A stretch of DNA of 64,000 nt from NCBI GenBank assembly GCA_951406725.2, contig OX597818.1:100750001-100814000 (forward strand), in the 5' to 3' direction. A program made the translations under genes and the position numbers. Under the pieces are notes generated by a model that did not search any database, was not told the DNA's origin, and was given only the letters and a program-made list of their open reading frames with translations. The number at the start of each line of letters is the position of its first letter. Positions within the stretch are counted from its first letter, which is position 1. Positions 57,890 to 64,000 of the stretch are shown here, one piece after another. The stretch comes from Octopus vulgaris. Lineage: Eukaryota.

Positions 57890-58690
57890 TACAAGGAATA
57901 GTTTTATTCATCAAAGTATGCACACTTATTGTCAATAAACTTTTGCCCTTTCAGCAGCAGCTTGTCCATCCTGGAACTGTAAACGCCTGGCAATCTAGTG
58001 TCAATAAAATCGTGGGGATTACATTTTTTTTCCCTATCAAAAAGTTATCCAAATTCTTGAAGAAGTGGTAGTCAGTGGTGGCGAGATCAGGTGAGTATGG
58101 TGGATGATGGAGTACTTCAAACTCCATATCCTGTAGTTTCGTCAATGTCAATTTTGCGATGTATGGTCTGGCGTCGCCTTGCAATAAAAAAGCAATGGAT
58201 CTGTTGACTAATCTACGACTGATATTCGTTCTACGTATATAGATGTAATTATTGACGCTGAATCCGGATTTACTATTTATTTATTCCAGAAGAAAATTTT
58301 TCGAAAATGTTACAGGTGTTCAATGTTTGATAATTTTCAGAATTTTCAGCCAATGAGAAAACAGCGCGTTCGCTGCCTCTTCCATCATCGTGGTTGAGAG
58401 TTTTGAATATACAATCATACTGAGACAGGAAAATTTTATCACATACATGGCAACAGAGAATCTTAGACTCTCCTCGTAATCTAGGTTGTTTTGTTTGTAT
58501 TTTTGTCTGCATCATTTGGTCCACTTGGCTGCAGTATACTTCGGCCGTGATTGATGGGCCAGGTTTATTGAAATCATAATGGATCACTTGTGCGCCAGAC
58601 CACCAAACACACAGCATCACCTTCTTTTGATGAATTTTGCTGTTTTCGACTATGTTTTGGTGGCTCGTCTTTGTCCAATCATTGTTCTGT
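57890..58690 (-). mobile_element. Mariner transposase pseudogene interrupted by a 261-bp insertion
   Basis: MLCVWW...ITAEVYCSQVD...KQPRL, insertion, then LLQGDARPY...HPPYSPDLATTDYHFF. Confidence 0.92.
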
Positions 58691-59052
58691 ATTTTATTGA
58701 CACCGAAACGATGAAAGGTACTGACGATCTAGGCGAGATTTGAGACAGATGAAATGTTGCTAAGCTTTTTGCTTGGTATGCCAACGAATCCGCCAGCACA
58801 CCGCCTTAGTGTTTGGTAATATTGATTTCAAATTAAGGCAGCGAGCTGGTAAAGACTTTAGCACGCCGGGGCGAAATGCTTAGCGGTATTCTGTCTGTCT
58901 TTACAAACTAAAGTGCTACTTATTACATCGATGCCGAAAGGAACATAAGCAAAGTCGACCGAGGCGGAATTTGAATTCAGAGCGCAAAGACAAACAAAAA
59001 TCCGCTAAGCATTTTGTCCGGCGATTTAATGATTCTATTAGCTTACCGCCAA
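58690..59052. mobile_element. Three SINE family A fragments in mixed orientation
   Basis: 58690-58808 (minus), 58837-58905 (plus) and 58915-59052 (minus) match the family head or core. Confidence 0.7.
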
Positions 59053-60054
59053 TTCTTGCTTGATAATAATGAAACCTGTTCTTTTTGACTGATCGACAAA
59101 ATCTAATCATATGTGAAATAGCAGTAGTGATCAGCGATTTGTGAGAAAACCTTGCAATAAAATGTCGTGTGCTTTTCAAGATATCGAAATTTTATGAGCA
59201 GAGTAAGATTCTCTGCTGCCATGCATGTGATGAAATTTTCCTGTCTCAGTATGATTGTATATTCAAAACCTGCTTTCAATGCGGAAGTGGCAACTGTCTT
59301 CTTGTCTAAACCTACACATGGAACAATTTCGTTGATAGACAGGAAAATGATACAACCAAATACGTAGAACGACTATCAGTTAAAACTTCGTTGTGAAGTT
59401 ACATTTTCTTATAATGTGAAACATCTATTTAGATTGTGAAATGCATTCCTTCTTATTTCAGTATCTGCATTAATAAAATTCTGACACTTTTGTAGTTACG
59501 TTGCTCCGAAGAGCAACGGGTAGGTGTCAGTTTACAGGAACAGTCGAGGAATCACGGTCACCTCATTCGCTGCGCTTAATGTACTGTCGTCCAGCAACGA
59601 AGGTGTACAGTCTTTAGATGACATTCAAATAAAGGAGATGATTGAAAGAGAGATTCATTGTACTAAAGTGCGGGGAAACATGAGGAAAACGAAGCATAAC
59701 GATAAACAGACAATTACACCGACCTGTACTAAGTGTATTCACACAGCTCTGTAGTGCAGTCGAATTTGCTCGATTACTGCTTCACGGTATTTGCCTTCTC
59801 AGAAATATACTACAATGTCAGAAACGAATTCAAGTGTTAGAATTATTGTTTAACATGCGTAAGTTTTCGGTGGCTACTATCTTCAACGAACTCTTTTTTG
59901 TCAGGGTGCGTCTATCTGTTATCGTTTTATTGCATATCTATTATATTTTAATTGTCTCCACTATATTTCATATTTTAATCGTCAACTATGCTGTGGACCC
60001 TTCTGGAAGAATTTTTATTCAACCCCATTAAATCTTATCGTAAAAACCTGCTTC

Positions 60055-60346
60055 TTATTCTATAGGTTTCTTCTGCCGAATCGCTAAGATTGTTATCACA
60101 ATCAATATCGATTGACAAACGTTGAGATGTGGGTAGTGTAGGGAATGAAGACACACATGCACACAGTATGACCCTTTACAATCATATATTCCACAGACTT
60201 CTTTCAGTTTCCGTCCACTAAACTCCACTAACATGCTTTTAGTCGGCCCAAGGTTAGAGAAAAAACACTTGCGCGAGGTGCTACGTAGTAGAACTGAACC
60301 CAGAACTATGTGGTTGATAAGTAAAATTCTTACCACACAACCATAC
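60055..60346 (-). mobile_element. SINE family B
   Basis: ttctttcagtttccgtccactaaactccact...gtcggcccaaggt...actgaacccagaactatgtggttg...cttaccacaca. Confidence 0.75.
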
Positions 60347-60465
60347 CTTTACACACGCATACGCATACGTACACACACACGCACACAAAAGAACGCATAC
60401 ATATACGTGTATATGTAGCTTTGAATATATGGATATTTACATTCTATCTATCTACCTATCTATTC

Positions 60466-60538
<73 letters not shown>

Positions 60539-60654
60539 TATATATTAGAATATATATATATATATATATATTAGAAAAAATAAGGTACTCAGAAATCTGG
60601 ATGGTTTTATATTTATAGATATTTATTAATATGTCACATGTTTTTATAAGTCTT

Positions 60655-60694
60655 ATATTAGCGCTTGCGTCCACTCTAGTGGAGTCTTCAGATT
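60655..60694 (-). ncRNA. Decayed minimal hammerhead motif in a TA-adjacent repeat
   Basis: CTGAAGA-C-TCCAC-taga-GTGGA-C-GCAA-GCGC-TA; GAAA changed to GCAA; palindromic AGCGCT. Confidence 0.45.
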
Positions 60695-61018
60695 GAATTT
60701 TTTTAGATTTGTCTCTTTTTATAGCATTATTAAGTGTGTAGGACTGGAGAGATATATAAGATAGTACAAGAGGGTAAGGAATGGGGAGAAAGGGAGAGAG
60801 AGTGTGTATGTATGTGTGTGTGCTGAAAGGAGTATTAATGGAAAAGAGAAGGAAAGGAAGAAGAAAGAGAGAAAGAAGAAAAAATGTGTTTACTTTTATA
60901 CAGCTGGTTAGTGATACCTGGCTTTTACAAATGGCAAACCCAGTTGGTCTCTCAAAGGGGAATAAATGTTATTTTTCCAAAATTTGTCTGGATTTCTTTT
61001 TATTATTTGTCTTCTGAG

Positions 61019-61074
<56 letters not shown>

Positions 61075-61444
61075 TGTGGGGCATATGTGCGGGCATATGT
61101 GTATCGGAAAGGAGTGTCAATGGAAAGGAGTAGGAAAGAAAGAAGGAAGAGAGAAAGAATTGAGGAAGCTTGAAAGAACTGAGAGGAAGATCGACAGAAC
61201 ATAACAGCTGCAAAGATGTCAACACAGTTTTTCTTTTTCCTGTTTTCTTTCTTTCTTTCTTTCTCTTTTCCCTTGACACACCTTTCAGATATATACGTAG
61301 ACAGGAGTGTGTAAAGGCACAAACGTAGTCCTTCCTTAAATTATGTTACAACATGCTGATCCACTTTTCATATCACTACATTCCTAAGAAAGTTTCAGAG
61401 CATTAACTTTATTGCGAGGCAATGTATATTGTTCTTTACTAGTC

Positions 61445-61730
61445 TAGGAACAAGGCCGAAATTTTGGAGGAGGAGGCCAGTCGATTAGATCCACTCCAGT
61501 GCGCAACTGGTTCTTAATTTATCGATTGACAAACGTTGAGATGTTGGTAGTGTGGGGAATGAAGACACACATGCACACAATATGACCCTTTACAATCATA
61601 TATTCCACAGAATTCTTTCGAAGGATGAATGACAAAGTCGACATCGGTGGAATTTGAACTTAGAATGTAAAGACGGACGAAATACCGCCAAGCTACCCGG
61701 CATGCTAACGTATTTGCCAGCTCGCCAGAT
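61445..61730 (-). mobile_element. SINE family A carrying a ~100-bp templated insertion
   Basis: Family core is split between ttaatttatcga and gaaggatgaa by sequence copied from 60106-60205. Confidence 0.8.
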
Positions 61731-62478
61731 TGTTGCTATGTATATTATTGATAATAGTTTGGGTTCTGTAGAATTTCATTTCCTACAGGACGAAGATTTC
61801 TTGCAAGTTGAAACTTAGCAAAGGAATTTGCGTTGTCGGTTAAACCATCTTGGAAAGAGGAACATACTTTACGAAGCGTGTATATATAGGAAACATATCC
61901 AACAAATGTTGGATTAGATATATCAATGGATACGTAAGTTAATTTATATTCTACATTCCATAGACTGGCGTGCTGATATCTCATTCACAGTAACATATTA
62001 ATGCGAATGGTAGCAGAAATTTAAATTAAGTGAATATCGATTAAAATGAATCTCATTCCAGGTACAACTTTTACAATCTCTGAAGAAGAAGACGTCAATT
62101 ATGAAAAATAGCTTGAGATGAGAATTTCAGAAATACGTAAAACTTTATTAATATTTATGAAACAGGAGATTAAGTAATCTACAAGGCATGAGTGATTCTT
62201 TGTACACTTGCAATAACACGGAAATATTTTCAGCAATTATGGACAGATTTTTGGCAAACTGAACTAATATTTAAATAATGAAACCAGTGCATGTGGCTAG
62301 TAACATTTTATATCAACCTCAAAATAAATGACATATTTCAATATGATAAAGTAGGTGACAAAATTGGTATACACTAATCATATAATTTGCTTCCTTTAGA
62401 TATTATATTAAAGAGAAATATACATGTTTTTAGTGAGGAAAATAATGCGTTAAATCATATATAAGTTTTTTTTTTTTT

Positions 62479-62778
62479 ATGTGCCCTTTTCAACCCTAGC
62501 CAGGCTCATGGGCCCGATTTCCCGGTTTCTATGGCATATGTCCCCCACTTCCCCAGCTGGACGGTACGCCAGTCTATCGCAGCGTTACTTAAGAAACAGG
62601 AAGAAAGAGTGAGAAAAAGTTGCTGCGAAAGAGTACAACAGGGGCTGCCACCAGCCACCCCCTGCCAGAACGTCGTGGGGCTTTAGGTGTTTTCGCTCAA
62701 TATACACACACAACGCCCGGTCTGGGAATCGAAACCGCGAGTCCGCTGCCATAACCACTGAGCCATTGCGCCTCCACC
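62479..62778 (-). mobile_element. SINE family C
   Basis: Reverse complement of 34299-34593. Confidence 0.82.
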
Positions 62779-62970
62779 ATATATAAGTATTGGTCAATAT
62801 AGTGATACAGTTCTGGCCCCGTATTATTTCATAATTTGCGTAAGGGCTACATAATTTTATGTAATTTAGCAATCCCTACCCCAGTGTATCTCATCATATT
62901 TTTGTCGTTATCAGTCTCACTCCTTCTCTCACACTCTCTCTGTCTCTCTTTCTTTCTCTCTCTCTCTGTC

Positions 62971-63033
<63 letters not shown>

Positions 63034-63339
63034 TTCGCTCACTTACAGTTGTTTTGCTGATTATTAAATGGCATTTTCCTTTTCAGCGAGAATCTCTTTT
63101 AACATTCAATGGAAGTTAAATTAATATAAACTTTTTTTATGAAAATAGATACAGAAATAAATAAATGCATGTATCTGTTCATCAATCCATTAGGGGAGGT
63201 CCCAGTTGCAGTAAGTATGGTTTTAATAGAAAAGATGAAAAGAGTTGGTGGTTTTGTCGAGATTAACAAGAGAGGAACTAAAGATTATGTGGGAAATTCT
63301 GTACTGAACGAAAGGGGTGGAAAGATAGTAAGTAAAAAC

Positions 63340-63637
63340 CCCTTCGGCCATGAATGACCACGGGATTACATATAGAATGTTCCCATACAAGGTACAAGTC
63401 CCTGAAAGTTTGTTTATGGAAGACCAGCAGTCATCCAAGCATACCAGCCTCACCCTTCAACGCCACCGATGTTATCAAAGGAAAAGGCAAAGGCCTATAC
63501 GGCTTGGCACAAGTGACTTCGCAATTCATATCTACAACTGAGAGAACAGGAACAACGTGAAACAAAGTGTCTTGCTTAAGAACACAACACACAGCACGGT
63601 CCAGTTTCACATTATAACCACTGAGCCATCCGCCTTC
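63340..63637 (-). mobile_element. SINE related to family C, with a different tail
   Basis: aagtgtcttgcttaagaacacaac...taaccactgagccatccgcct head shared with 31165 and 62479. Confidence 0.55.
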
Positions 63638-64000
63638 TTAGTAGAAAATTATGAAAAGAAAGGGAGGGAGAAAGGAGAGGTATGTCATTAGAAAGGAGAT
63701 AAATGCAAGTCTTAACTATCAAAAAGTAAAGCTAAAATGGCGGGAGGGACTGGTATAAAAGTATGGGATAGGGAAGCGTCGAAAAGAGAGAAATAGAGAA
63801 ATAATTTTCTAAGGTGACGATAGTGGGGGGAGGGACAATTACGAGTGTGGGAAGGGATGATACGAATAGATGAGAAAAAAACAAGAGCATTGTAAACTAT
63901 ATTTTATTCATTGATGCACACATGATTCTTAGGGCGAAGGTAAATATTGAGTGATGTGAGTATTAATTAAAGTAGGGCGCTATGTGAGATGTAGCTGATT

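Overview
Very AT-rich, microsatellite-dense eukaryotic non-coding DNA. The SINE, Penelope and Tc1/mariner repertoire resembles a cephalopod (octopus-like) genome; this is an inference, not verified. No intact host protein-coding gene is supportable. Nearly all long ORFs in the track are translations of (TA)n/(CA)n/(GA)n repeats or decayed transposon fragments: Penelope GIY-YIG/RT, CR1-type LINE 3' end, Tc1 and mariner transposases, non-autonomous Helitrons and three SINE families. The most notable signal is about 14 type I hammerhead-ribozyme-like motifs, read by eye, in short Penelope-like non-coding repeats that mostly abut (TA)n tracts. They include a ~475-bp tandem, retrozyme-like array (9508-10644) whose hammerhead has a complete core, a GUC site, a palindromic stem III and an unusually long stem II hairpin. 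Other structures: a 2.6-kb near-perfect palindrome, a 2.13-kb recent duplication, a head-to-head mariner, SINE multimers with a recurrent junction and a templated insertion. Coordinates were counted by eye and element boundaries are approximate.
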